NCBI GenBank assembly: GCA_050273025.1
Contig: CP158636.1
Span: 7,874,001-7,938,000, forward strand
Direction: 5' to 3'
Length of the DNA stretch: 64,000 nt
From: Cenococcum geophilum
Taxonomy: Eukaryota
Below, piece by piece: positions 11,941 through 24,171 of the stretch. Within the stretch, counting starts at the first letter, position 1. Every line of letters starts with the position of its first letter. A program made the position numbers and the translations under genes. A model generated the notes under the pieces. It made no database searches, was not told the origin of the DNA, and saw only the letters and a list, made by a program, of their open reading frames with translations.

Positions 11941-14900
11941 TGTTCTGCCCTATACCGGCATATAGCTCGTTCCGGATTATTTCTACTTTATACCGGAATA
12001 GATCGTCTTTAAAGAGGAACAAATCATGTATCGGTTTTATTGTCTTGATTCCGGAATAATTGCTTCATTCCGGAAAAGATTTAATACTATATTAAACTTT
12101 TAAAGCTATACAAAGCCTTTTAGTGGAGCTTTTTAGCCATTTCTACGAGCAGATTTAGAAAATATGGTGTAGTAGATGGTTGCAAATAATGGTGAATATA
12201 TAATTTAGTTGATTTTAGGTGTAAAATAAGTAGTAATATATCTTGTATATTATAATTAAACATCTAGTAGAGCATAATCGCGATATTTAGCATAAAAGTA
12301 TAAGATCTTGATTTTCTACTGAGATTTTGGAAGGCTTTAGAGATTAAATTTAACCACCCCCCCCCCCCCAACTACTATAACACTATTAAATTCCATCTAA
12401 ACTAGATTATACTGCGATTAATAAGTATATTTAAAAGCTTTTCCGCGTTATAGATAGAGCCTATAAGTGGTAGAAGCTAATTGGGTTAAGGGTAATTAAT
12501 TATGTTCCCCGACACTAAAAATTAAAAATCTTACAAAGCTCTAATCTTACTAAGATCTCTTAAAAACCGGGCCCTCTAAGGTTCTACTAGCCGTAGACTA
12601 ATTGCCTAATTAGGTTTGGCGCGATTATGATTTAGATTTCCCCTAACTGCGCCAACCTTACTTATTCTATAGTCTTCCTTTCCTTCGCCTTACGCAGCCT
12701 TTAAGGTAGGCTTAATTAATTACCTTCTTTATTTGCTACTGTTGATTAAGGTGGTATAGGGCTTTGCGATAAGGTCTCCCGTTAGGCTTATTTTAATTAA
12801 GGGCTAAGCTAAGTACTAGTAAGCCTTCTATAGCCTTTTACAAGAGGCTCTATAGAGTCCTCTATTAGTTAATTTGTATAGTGTTTCCTTTTATAGTAGT
12901 ATATAGAACACTCTGTATTTCCTTTTTAATAACTATATTAGTAATTACTGTATCCTTATTTATACGTACAGCTAGTAGGCCGTGTAGTAGTTAGGTAAGC
13001 TTTTACTACTTTTAAAAGTGGTATAATCTTACTAACGCTTATAGGAATTTAAGCGTCATAAGTCTCTCCTAGTTTAATAAGCTCATTGCTAAGAAAGGGC
13101 TCTTTTATAATTCCGTATTGAGTATAAATCTCATAATAGCCTTAATTTCGGATCTTGTAGATGTAGCTAGGTATATAAGAGATCTCAGTAGCCTTTTAAA
13201 GCTTTTTAGGAATTGGAAAAAGAACTAAGTCGCCTATACTAAATGTAGTAATAGAGTACTGCGTACCGTACTTCTTCTTTATCTAGTCGCGAGAGTAAGC
13301 CGATCGCTGTTAAACTCTCTCGTGAATATCCAATATATCGTAAATAGCGTCTAATTCTGCTAAACGCCTCTACAGCCGTAGTTCCTTTTAGCGCTCTTTA
13401 AGCTTCTTTAATACCTACCGCTTAAGCTCTAGCTATGGTGGAATGGCGTAAATAGGATTACTAGAGTTCTTAATTGCCTAACTTAACTTATGCCTAAAAG
13501 CAGGTGTAACTATATTATAATACTCTTAAAGATCTACTAGTAGAACGCCAGCTCCACTAGCTTTGCGATAGAGCTATAATTATAGAGCTTTAATTTAAAC
13601 CGCAAGATTATCTATAAAGTAGCCTTTAGGGGTGTAGTAAAGATTATCTAGATCTTTAATCTAGTCGTCTAGATACAACTGCTCTTGCTACTAGATAGAT
13701 TATAGAGCTCTCTTAGCTGTATAATATAGATCTATAGTAGGTTTAGATCTTACTACCGCCGAGGCTTTAGCCTCTCTATCCATTATCTTAATCGCCCCCC
13801 GCATACTAGCCTCTTAGCTTGGTATAAGAAAGCCTTTTAGTGAAGGTAGAGGCTGCCTAAATCTACTTAATTCTAATAATTGAATTTAACGAGTTTAAAT
13901 TAAGATTGGTAAGTAATTAGGAGAGAGGTAATCGTCGTTAGATAGAGTATAATTCGGAGGAGTCTCTTGCCTTTGTAATCCATTAGGTAAATTATAGTCC
14001 TCTTTAAACCAATTACGATCGCCTATAGAGGTAGTTCCTAAATCTAAAAGGCTACTATTATTTAAATCCTTATCTTCCTTATTAGAAGATTTACCCGAGG
14101 TTAAGAGCTAATTACTATTGTCTTCTATATTAGAAATATCATCGCGATCCTTATTAGAAGCAGTAAGGGCGCTTAAAGTAATAGAGCGATTGTCCTCCTT
14201 ATTGCGCTCCTATTTGGTAGCCTCTTACCTATTACTATTCTCTTTTAGTAGAGGGCCTAAAACTTCCTTATTGCCATCTAGATTCTTATCCTCAGCTTTA
14301 AAGACTTTAGTATTGGGCGGAGGCTCTACTGTAGCCCTTAGAGCAGGCGCCACTAAAGCAGAAGCCTAAGGATCTCTTCTATATAGATAGCGAAAAGGCG
14401 TGCAGCTAATTAATTTATGGTACGTGCGATTAATTAAGGCCGCGATGATTAAGTAAGCTGTTGCCCATCGTGAAGTTCCTAAGAGTCGCTTTACTGTATA
14501 AAGCTTCTTCTTTATAAAGCTATTAGCCTGCTCTACTAGGCCTTATAATTAAAGGTAGCGCAGGCGGCTATTAATAACTTTTACTCTATAGCAATAAAGT
14601 AATATAAAAAGGGCGCCTTTAAACTCTATACCATTATTACTCTACCAAATACGCGGGTAAACACTGTAGTAATATATCTATTGTAATACGGCAGTAGCGA
14701 CTTTCTTAGCAGTCTTCTACTTAAAAGGGTAGAGGGCGTAGTATTTACTGAAGTAATCGCGTATCTATAGGATCCATTTATATTTACCGTTGGGCTTAGA
14801 GCGCATATTAATTAGATTACCTTGGATGCGATTAAAGGGAGCTAAAGAAACGATTATATTAAGTAAAGGCCTTATAGTAAAGGAAGCCTTTCTATAAGAA

Positions 14901-16358
14901 TATTAGCATACACATACAACTAAGATTTTTTCTAAAAGTAATACTTACTCCTTATAGATTTGACAGTGCTTAAGCAGCCATTTAACTTTAATAGATCTTA
15001 TACCGTAATACTCGGTCGTAATTGTATAGTAAGTCTTCTTCTGTCCTAAGTGTTTAATATCACTATACTTCCTTACGATTATATTATAAATATCTGGCTC
15101 AGGAACCACCTTTAAGGCCCGCTTATTAGGCCCTATTAGGCGCCTCTAAAGACCTCGCAGCTTTAGGTAAACATTCTCTCTTATATACTACCGTTGCTTA
15201 GCCTTTAATTTAGCGTTACGTTTTTCCTATAAGTGGGCTACACGATTTAGATCTGCGAGCCAGGAAATAAGATTATTATATTTAAACTAGGTAACGCGCT
15301 TTATTAAGTTAACTCTAGTTTCTTCTAGATACTTAGTAAAGGCAGGCTTTACTATAACTAAGAAGGCAGGAATAGCGTAAGAGACGTTATAGGAGTCGTC
15401 TGCGGTAGAAGGAGAGGCAATTGCATTACGTGCGGAGGTAGTTACGGAGGTAGTTGCGAAGGTTAATATTGCTATTTCTGGTGTTAGATTTAAGCTGGCA
15501 ATTAAGTTAATATATATTTAGAACTTACAGATAAGACGTGCATCTTATTAAGGATCTAATTAAGTCATATATAGAGGTGGTAAATAAGAAAGGACTAATA
15601 AGAAAATTTAACAGACGACAAAGCTTGCGAAGTTCGACTTTTGTAAGCTTTGCAGTGCGAAGAATTGAATGAACGACTTGATTGTGAATGTAGCTCTAGA
15701 GGCTCTATATATACACGAAGAAGGTAGAAGTGATAGGGTAATAGATAGCTGAAATGGGAACGGTAATCTGCCACCAATATTGATCTGCAACCAATATATT
15801 GGGTGGCGTTGACGCCGTCTTGGAGCCTTCCAAGCGGTGATCTTGTGTCTCAGCGCAGTGTCGGTAGTCGGTTACAACTTTTAAAGCCCCTGCGCTAGTC
15901 CTAATCGGGTAATCGCAACAAGAAAATCAACACCTCAGGAGGCTTCCACAAGAGCTCTACAAAATGCCTTACACTTAGTTATAAAATATAAACCAACCAC
16001 CAAACTTAGGCTTATCAACTAGCCGTTTTAGCGACGTCGTATACGCATAGTTGGGGTAATTTAAGGCTGTTCTGGATGTTATGCGATAACGATTTACCAA
16101 TTAGATTAAGAGGGGAAGAAAACCGAAGTCATTAGTATAATATATTTTAAAGAGCTTCACGATTTATGATAAGCCTTGCGCTGCTATACCGCCTTATAAT
16201 TGGCCTAATCTTTTAAAGATCTTTTCCGGAATGAAGCATTTGTTCCGGAATCAAGACGATAAAACCGATACACGAATCGTTCCTTTTTGAAGACGATTTG
16301 TTCCGGTATGACGCAGGAATTTTCCGGAACGAGGCTCGAGCCAGTATGGGGCAGAACA
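11941..16358 (-). mobile_element. Ginger2/TDD-like DNA transposon with retroviral-type integrase, RIP-mutated
   Basis: ~140-bp TIRs with TGT...ACA ends; 5-bp TSD GGTGG (11936-11940, 16359-16363). Minus-strand relic shows an HHCC-like region (KHLGQKKTY...KHCQI) and an integrase core (RIQGNLINMRSKPNG...RDYFSKY...SNNGIEFKG...GLVEQAN). Intron 14892-14948; C-terminal FSIGDLV...YEIYTQYG and a Cys-rich tail; no RT or gag. Confidence 0.85.
15642..15876. mobile_element. Solo LTR inserted in the Ginger-like element
   Basis: TGTAAGCTTTGCAGTG...CGGTAGTCGGTTACA with TSD ACTTT on both sides; same termini as the LTRs of 55372-57124. Confidence 0.88.
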
Positions 16359-16596
16359 GGTGGCTCTAAGAGCCCTAATATACATAAGAGAATTGACCCC
16401 CTATAGGGGTCCCTAGAGAGTGATGATACAAGTTAAAAACTGACGTCGAACAGCACCCGTCGCACCTCTGTAGTAGGGCTACCTCCGTGGCCAACATGTT
16501 ATAACTTCATTACCTGCTGGATATAACACCTCTGCTAGTGCAACAGAAAAAATTAATGTTTTGGCAGGTTGTGGGTTACTTTGAAGTCAAGGTATC

Positions 16597-16830
16597 TCTC
16601 GACCTGAATCGGACATCCTTACCATCGTACTACTGTCGGACGACCTAGATCGTCTATACGAACTATGTCTTAGTTGTCTCTCAACTTATGACTAAATGTC
16701 TCATCGAATGTCTCATTACCTATTTCTATTACCTATTTTGACTCAGTTGTCTAGATCTACCTAATGTATATAAAGAGCTTCTAGAGCTATATTCAATAGA
16801 CAGAGTCCTTATCCTATTCTACGTTCATCT
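16597..16830. mobile_element. Degenerate solo LTR (inverted homologue of 34211-34450)
   Basis: Near-identical reverse complement of 34211-34450 over ~230 bp; termini eroded. Confidence 0.8.
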
Positions 16831-17077
16831 CTCATTATTTCCGGGAGACGGGGTTTTCCGCCATACCGGGGGGAGGTTACCTGATGGTGACCTCGACGGT
16901 CGACTTATAGTGATCCACTTTAACTATACGAAAATGTAGAGCACATACAAAGGAATTAACATTTGAGGGAGTATTAAGTGTGGATAATAGGTATAAGAGT
17001 CAAACTGTATGTAGATATCTGTGTTAGAGTCAGCTTTGGTAGAATATTCGACAGTTATTTTAGTTCAATTTTACCCC

Positions 17078-17281
17078 TTACGCAAGTTCATCTTCGATTT
17101 CCGTTTGCAATTTTTGGCAATTAATAAGTACCTGCTAAAGAGATTTAACAACGATCCTTGCTTCTGCCACAATATATATACTTCCACGATACTTTTGCCG
17201 CAGGCGTTAAAGCTCCAGCGTAAGCTGACCATTCTCCCGTGTCGTCTGTTCGAGCATCTACTAAAGATTAGGAGCTGGCAT
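17078..17281 (-). pseudogene. Small coiled-coil ORF disrupted by stop codons
   Basis: Reads MPAPNL**MLEQTTRENGQLTLEL*RLRQKYRG...L*QVLINCQKLQTEIEDELA; every internal stop is restorable to Gln (CAR>TAR). Confidence 0.4.
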
Positions 17282-17764
17282 CTCCTTAGATATTTGCAAT
17301 TTTTTTTTAGTTGCTTCGACTGCTATGGATAACTTATCCTTACAGCGGATCTCTGTATTAATAGCAGTAGGTATTAGAGATCCATCTAAAGTAGGCGGAA
17401 GGAGACGGATTTTTAGTCGATTATGCCTAAGCATAATTCTTAGTGTTAAGAGTTATCCATAGGTTTATGCCTTATAGTTATAGATTCGCGGCTTTATAGC
17501 ATCGTTCCAGGAATAAAAACCATTTGCTATAAATAATTAGGCCCTACTTTTAGTCCATATTAAATTTAGAAACCGTAGGGTCCAAGTTTATAGCTTCCGC
17601 TCTAATACTAATTTAGGGTTATTCTTAGTTGGAGGAGCTTATAACGCTTATATATAGTATAGGCTATATCTAATATATAAGGGAGATACAAAAGCTTTCT
17701 AGTAATATAGAAATATAATATCGTGACTTCTTGCTTATTAATTTAGTGGCTACTTATACTACTA

Positions 17765-17960
17765 TATTCAATCGACGCATCGCCCGTTCGGTGGCGGTTT
17801 CTGCTTGACATCGCGGGGGCTAATGGAGTAGATATATTGATCGATTATAGAGCTAGTTCTGCGGATTAATCTGACGGTATTTCTGAGATGATAGCTGTTG
17901 TGGGGTTGTAGATTAATTTCGTTAAAGAAGGTGACAGCTCTATATACAAAACAAGTTGCT
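17765..17960 (-). mobile_element. Fragment homologous to the ORF start and upstream leader of the 25.9-27.7 kb TIR element
   Basis: Aligns by eye to ~27340-27510; encodes ISTPLAPAMSSRNRHRT versus MSTPSAPAMLTRKRRRT (ATG>ATA). Confidence 0.75.
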
Positions 17961-18115
17961 CCGCTTAATACATACTGGCAAAGTCCCTTAAACCATAGAA
18001 TCAACTTTAATCACAGCCTCAAAAATCCCTCCATTTTATGCAATCTACCAATCTTTTTAACTTTTCATAACCCCAACCTTTCGTTCCCTGTATATCTTCC
18101 TGAACTGGCCCAACC

Positions 18116-19090
18116 ATGTTTGAAAAGCTGACAGCATCTCTCCGACGCCCGCCACAGTCTGATTCCATATTCCGATTTGGAGCCATTCCCGGATCTGCAC
18201 CTTCCACGGCAGAAGCCAATCGATTCCCAGTACCCTCTAAAGATCAAGAGAACACTGGGGTTTCAAAAGATGTGGAGCAGCGTGAAGGAGAAGAAAGGAG
18301 CAAGGAGCAGCCAAGGAGCAACAAACGACACTTACCCAGCAAACGGCACCACTCCCTAAAAAAACCGGGATACCAGTCTTCTGGTCGGTCAAGCCCAGCG
18401 AGCTACCCGGCAGCACGATCCATGCCGACGCAACCACCTGGTGGCAAAACAAGAGCTAGCCCTCCTCCCTAACTCCCGCTCACCAACCCCGGAAGCTCCG
18501 TCCTACAAGACGCAGCCCGGCGCGCTGCTGGAGGGTTCGAAGAGTCTAAACAAGAAGCCGTCGAAGAAGCAAACATACCATGGCCACGAGCACCCAGCCC
18601 CGCAGCCCCGAACCCCCCACCCAGATTCGGCGGCCTATCCACGCTCGAGTGAGTACCGCCCCCTTCCGCTCCAGCTCCTCGCTCAATCCCTCCACTTCCC
18701 CACGCTCTAGAACCGCACCATCCGCCTCCTCCACGCTGCCGCTGCGGCAGCAGCGCCGCGCACCCGCGTCCTGGACTTCGCCACCGTGCGCTGGGTGTAC
18801 GGCCGCACGGCGCCTAGGTGCAAGCTGCGGTAGGTGGTCGCGTGCGTGTTTGCGCAGCGCGGGCCCTGGCTTGGTGCCGCGGTGCTGGTGCCGGGCCCGG
18901 ATCTAAGCAAGGAGATGGGACCGGGGTGGGGTTGGAACTGGAGTTGAAGCTGGAGGTTTGGAGGGATGTGAGTCGGTGGCTTATGATGCGGGATGCGGAT
19001 ATGGCGCAAGGGGTGGGGGTTGTTCGAGGATTCTTGAGGTGGGTGGGATGGAGGGGGAGGATTTTTGTGGCGGGGACTGGGGAAGGGTGA
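18116..19090 (+). pseudogene. Probable BTB/POZ-like protein pseudogene
   Basis: GC-rich coding-like sequence split across frames. Remnants GGFEESKQEAVE and LLAQSLHFPTL*NRTI...VRWVYGRTAPRCKLR*VVA resemble fungal BTB proteins and their adjacent helices; TAG stops at 18708 and 18831 plus frameshifts. Confidence 0.45.
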
Positions 19091-19469
19091 GGGCGTGGCT
19101 TTCTAAGGTGGCTGTTGTGTTTAGGGTGGTGCGTATGGGAAACGGGTAGAATGTGCACAAAGGTTGTAATCAACTGGAGTGAAGCCGAGTCGATGCGTCG
19201 AAACCGAATTGGTTGACATGCTGAGAGATTTACAGGGCCTGTAATGAGTATGAACAGTCGTCTTTGGACGTCCGCTCCGCCCCACCCGTTCGCCGATCTT
19301 CAAGCCACGCCAAGAGAGTACATTTTCTTTAAATAAAATCATCACACCTGTCATCGGTTAACCGTCCGTACAAATGCCAGCAACGCCTTAATAAACCATC
19401 ATGCCGCCCAATGCTCCGTAAACATGCATTCATTCCCTTGCCTCTGCCTCTTGCCCGCATTGAAGTGGA

Positions 19470-20741
19470 TCAAACCGATCCTAGCCTGTTTTTAATATCA
19501 AGAACCTGTACCCGTCAGTTATGTGCTATAGCTTTCAAGTCTGTACGGAGTATTATGAGTTTCAGGATATGAGGGTGAGCTCAAGATAGAGCGGTGAAAC
19601 TAAACAAGAAAAAAAAATTAAACAAGATGACTGGAAAAAAAGAAGCACCCACCATGTCATTCCACCCACCACCGCCATACTGCGCCTTACTCTTCCCACG
19701 ATACTCAAATCCCAGCCGCTCATAGAATGGCACGAGTCGGTCATAGGTCAGCAATGCAATGCGATCCGCTATGTCGGCGCTCTGCATGCGTTGGATATAC
19801 GACAGCACGAGCGTCCTTCCCAATCCTTGGTTCTGGTACTCGGGCAATACAGCTAGGGAGTGCAAGCAGATGGTTCGGCCTTCCTCTTTGTGGCCAAGAT
19901 GCGGGTCTGCATGAGGGTTCGACTGCCACTTGGGAGGTAAAGCCATGTCTTCGTCCGTCACCGTTTGGCTTGTCGATTTAGTGGCGACAATGTGAGCAAG
20001 GAGGACTTCCTTCCTGGATGGGTCGGTAGAGTCGGCTGGGTGGGAGAATGAAGACTCCGAGAGGCGGCGGAGAGGGCTGTGCGGAGTTGAAGGGGTTGCG
20101 GAGGCGAAGAGACCGAGGCAGAGCTCGCCACAGGTAGTCAGACGGTAGATAAACTAGCATGTTTGTCAGAGGCGGTTCCAGGGGAAGAATGAATGGGAAT
20201 ATTTGGTATTTTGGGAGTACGGAGTGAGAAGTGATTGGTCACGTGAGCTTGAAATTGGGATTCTTCTATTTGACTCCATGAACTGAAAACCAATATGAGA
20301 GAGTCTGAGAGGATAGAGATTAATTTACAGGGTTGAACTATTCAACTGCGAGACTACTGTGCGATCATCTACCCAAACAAGTAGGTAGATAGAAATAAGA
20401 CGGATTCCGCGAACCGGGATATGTAAATGCAACAGAGACGAAGGCCTCGCACGTCGTGAAACCATCGACGATGAAACCATGTGAGTCAGTTAATTTTATC
20501 ACGGAAGACAATTATTACTAAAAACGGTTGTATTTACCTTTTCTCTACTGCATGCCTCATTTGGGGGGAAAGTGGCATTCTCCAGGTTGACTACGCTCTC
20601 AAGGTCATTGAGATTGAGGACTTGGACGTATGGATGAAGCTTGTCCAGTGTAGATTCCTGCGCTGATGTTTTGGTCTCATCAATGTCTTGGCCTGAAGCT
20701 GGCGGAGCGCCGTGTTCAGGCTCTTCGGTTGAAGGCGCCAT
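19470..20741 (-). CDS. GNAT-family N-acetyltransferase (polyamine/arylalkylamine acetyltransferase, Paa1-like)
   Basis: Exons 20741-20538, 20153-19653 and 19505-19470 with GT-AG introns and CTGAC branch sites; motifs LENATFPPNEACSREKFIYRL and ICLHSLAVLPEYQNQGLGRTL...LVPFYERLGF. Confidence 0.88.
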
Positions 20742-22283
20742 GGAGTTGATGGTTGTCGTCTCAGATTCCAGGTCTCGCGGGATTTACGGGGATTGCGGCA
20801 GAAATTGGTTAGGATTGAGCGCAGAAATGTAGTGATTAATAAAGTAGGTATCGTGAAGAGAAATGCGAAGAGAAATGGGGATGCCACACACGAGTCAGGC
20901 CAGGAAGTGGCAAAGCCTACAAAGCCCCCATGTCATTTTGCTTGGCTGGGTCATCGATCGTGCGCGGAGATAACACCAGGTCAGCTTCAGGGCAATTACC
21001 TGATGCAGCATGATGAGACGACGGCTAGCCCCAATGACTCGCAGCGAGAGTCATTCGGCAAAACTGACAAAGTTTTTAGCGGCAGCTGCAGCGTTGCGGC
21101 AATCCAGCGTGCGCCTTTACTAATCTAATGGCCTGCTAACACCGACTGCGTCCTGTTGTGCGCTTCACAAGTCTCTTGCCAAAAGCTGCTATAGTCGCCC
21201 GATAATTGGAATAAGGTCTGCGAGCCCATTTCACTTCGTCTTCTAGATACCACGCCCCTGGCTGAGAGCTCTGGCACATTCAGCCTTCTGCCCGTGCCCG
21301 TGAGTCCTTAGAATTCTTGTATTGAGCCTAAATATTAAAATACCATCTCCTCTGTACAAAAATGCTACCTTCCCAAATTACGCCTCCACTTCTCTGTATG
21401 ACTGTGGAATTGCCTCACGTAGATGCACCCCTCCTGCTACCCCGCGATCCCCTGTAGTCGCAGCCCTCACCGGCCCCATCCCACTTGTCAGTCAATAGGG
21501 GTTTGCGCGTGTTAGAGAGGAGCGGATACAGTACCGGTGCAGTTATAAAATACGGGGCTAGAGGGTGAAAAGGCGCAGAGCTGGTTTTCAAAACGACCGA
21601 AAGAGTGACCGGAAATACTTCCCAGCTGCACTTTAACCAACCGCATTGGGTCGGGCTTCGTTTAGTACCTAAGCCTCGACTATTTCCAGCTTAGCGACAC
21701 GTAAAATAACCAGACACGATCAACTTCAGGTTAGAATGGCCAACGGCATAACCGGCACCATCGATCACTTCGTGCAAACCCCGTATTGATGACTTAATAC
21801 AGTTCGAAACCACGCCTAATCGTCATGGCTAGCCTGGCAGACGAAGCAGCGTCCCGCTTGCCCAGCAAGGCTGTTTCAATGTCCTACGCCTGCGTGCTGC
21901 CTTGAGCCCAACCACCACCAAGAATATATTACTCTGCCCACTTACCGCTCCTCCCACCGCTCCCTCAACAGCTGCAATAGACCTCTCTCGACATGTCTTC
22001 CCGTGCTAATTCATGATTATTAACGACCCTTACTCGTCACCTCACAGATCCTTCCATCGCCTTCCAGCGCCGGGTGCAGAGAAAGATTCTGGAGGCGAGG
22101 GCTTATAAGCTTCTTTTATAAGCTCCACCTCTTTCTTTTTTAGGTCGACCTTGCACCGGCCGGCATCCCAGCTTCCGACCATCTAGATCCTATAAACCTC
22201 CACCTCCCTCCACCAGTGTACCACATTCTCTTGAACCGATTCAGAACCACCTGCATACCACGCAAGGTGCACGCCTAGCAGCC

Positions 22284-23807
22284 ATGTGAGCAGACCGCCG
22301 ACCCCGTTCTTGTGCGACACCCACGGACAAACCGCTAACTTATGAACAGGCCACGCGTTACCATATCAATCAACGCGCCCAACGAGCCCTCGGACCAGGA
22401 ACTGCTGACTCTGGACCTCCCACCGGGCCTGACAGTCAAGGATCTCAAGAGCTTCGTGCAGAGCGAGACCGACTTCCCCGTGCGATCCCAGCAGTTCTAC
22501 CTCAACGGCCGACCGCTCAACACCGACACTCAGACGTTGGAAGAGGCCGGAGTCAACGATGGAGAGATGCTGGCCATGCTCATCCGGAAGCCGGGGACTG
22601 GCGCCCAAGGGCAAGGAGGACGAGGCACCGGCCGTGCCGGGAACGCCGCTGGTGCGGACGGTCGGCGGCGAGGAGACGTTAATCAAGAGGAGCTGGAAAC
22701 TGTGCGACTGCGGGTGCTGGGCGACCCTGCAGCGATTGCGAGCCTTAACGAGCAGAACCCGGAGCTGGCCGGCGCCCTCAACGACCCTGCGCGCTTCAGA
22801 GACCTGTTTCTGGCCATGCGGCGGCAGGAGGACGAGCGCGAGCGCGAGCGCCAGAACCAGATTGCCCTGCTGAACGAGGACCCGTTCAACGTCGAGGCCC
22901 AGCGTAAGATCGAGGAGATGATCAGGCAGGATCGTGTCATTGAGAACTTGCAGCATGCATACGAGAACAATCCCGAAGGTGAGAGAATACCGGGACGAGA
23001 AACCAATTAAACCGCAAAACCATCCCCACGTTTCAGAAACTAATCGTCTGTTTAGTTTTCGCTAGGGTCACCATGCTCTACATCAACGCTGAAGTGAACG
23101 GCCACCCTGTCAAAGCTTTTGTTGATTCTGGTGCCCAAGCCACAATTATGTCTCCTTCATGTGCAGAAGCTTGCGGCATTATGCGTCTGATCGATACCCG
23201 CTACTCTGGCGTCGCGAAAGGCGTCGGGACGGCGAAAATCCTCGGTCGCGTTCATCATGCCGAAATCAAAATCGGAGATGCCTTGATGCCGTGCGCCTTC
23301 ACGGTTATGGAGGGCAAAGACGTAGACCTTCTATTCGGCCTCGACATGCTCAAGCGGTACAAAGCGAAAATCGACCTGGATAAGAACGCGCTTTGTTTCC
23401 AGGGTATTGAAGTGCCCTTCCTCCCAGAGTCTGAGATTCCGAAAAATCTCGAAGAGGCCGAGTTAAACGAACCGACAGTTTCCGGCCCCAATGGCACTGA
23501 GATTGGAGCAAAGTCCGGCGCTGTCAGACCGGCTGGGACTGCCGCCGCCGCAGGTTCATCGGCGGCAGGTTCTAGCTCGGCGAGCTCAAACTTCCAAGGC
23601 GCGGGTCAAACAGTAGGGCCAGCAGCCCCTGGTACCCCTGGTACCCAGACAACCATTGCAGGGGCTGCAGTAAGCTTCCCGCAAGCCTCAATCGAGCAAC
23701 TTCAAAACCTTGGCTTCTCGAGAGAGGATGCCATCCGTGCCCTTTGCGCCACAAACGGGAATGTAAAATACGCAGCTGAGCTGCTCTTCTCCAGCATGAA
23801 TGAATAA
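22284..23807 (+). CDS. DDI1: DNA damage-inducible protein 1 (UBL - retroviral-like aspartyl protease - UBA)
   Basis: Exons 22284-22285, 22350-22978 and 23056-23807; N-terminal UBL, NEDPFNVEAQRKIEEMIRQ, protease motif KAFVDSGAQ, C-terminal UBA (LGFSREDAIRAL). Confidence 0.95.
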
Positions 23808-24171
23808 AGAAAAAAATCCTATTCCCCAAAACCATCTCCACGGCAGGTAACAAGAGATGCATTCATGCATAGATTATCACGGGTGTTTTTGGTACAGGCG
23901 CAATGGCTCTAGCATGAGACTTCCAGTTTTTATTCCTTTCTCATAGGATCGGGACGTCGGATCGGCATCAGTCATGGAATATGGGTTAGGCGGAATAGGT
24001 TCAGTTACCACGATGATACGCATGCATAGGGAGCACTGAGATGGGATGGAATAAGGCATTAGGAGGGTGTATTCGTATCTTTTAAGCCTATTGACTGATT
24101 TAGCGGTCCAGCCAATAGGGGCATCTTCAGTCTCTGATTTTATCCATGTCTGCATATCGCTGCGTGAGCTA

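Noticed and set aside
22366..23497. Antisense and alternative-frame ORFs over DDI1
   Set aside because: Shadows of a GC-rich coding sequence with no recognisable motifs
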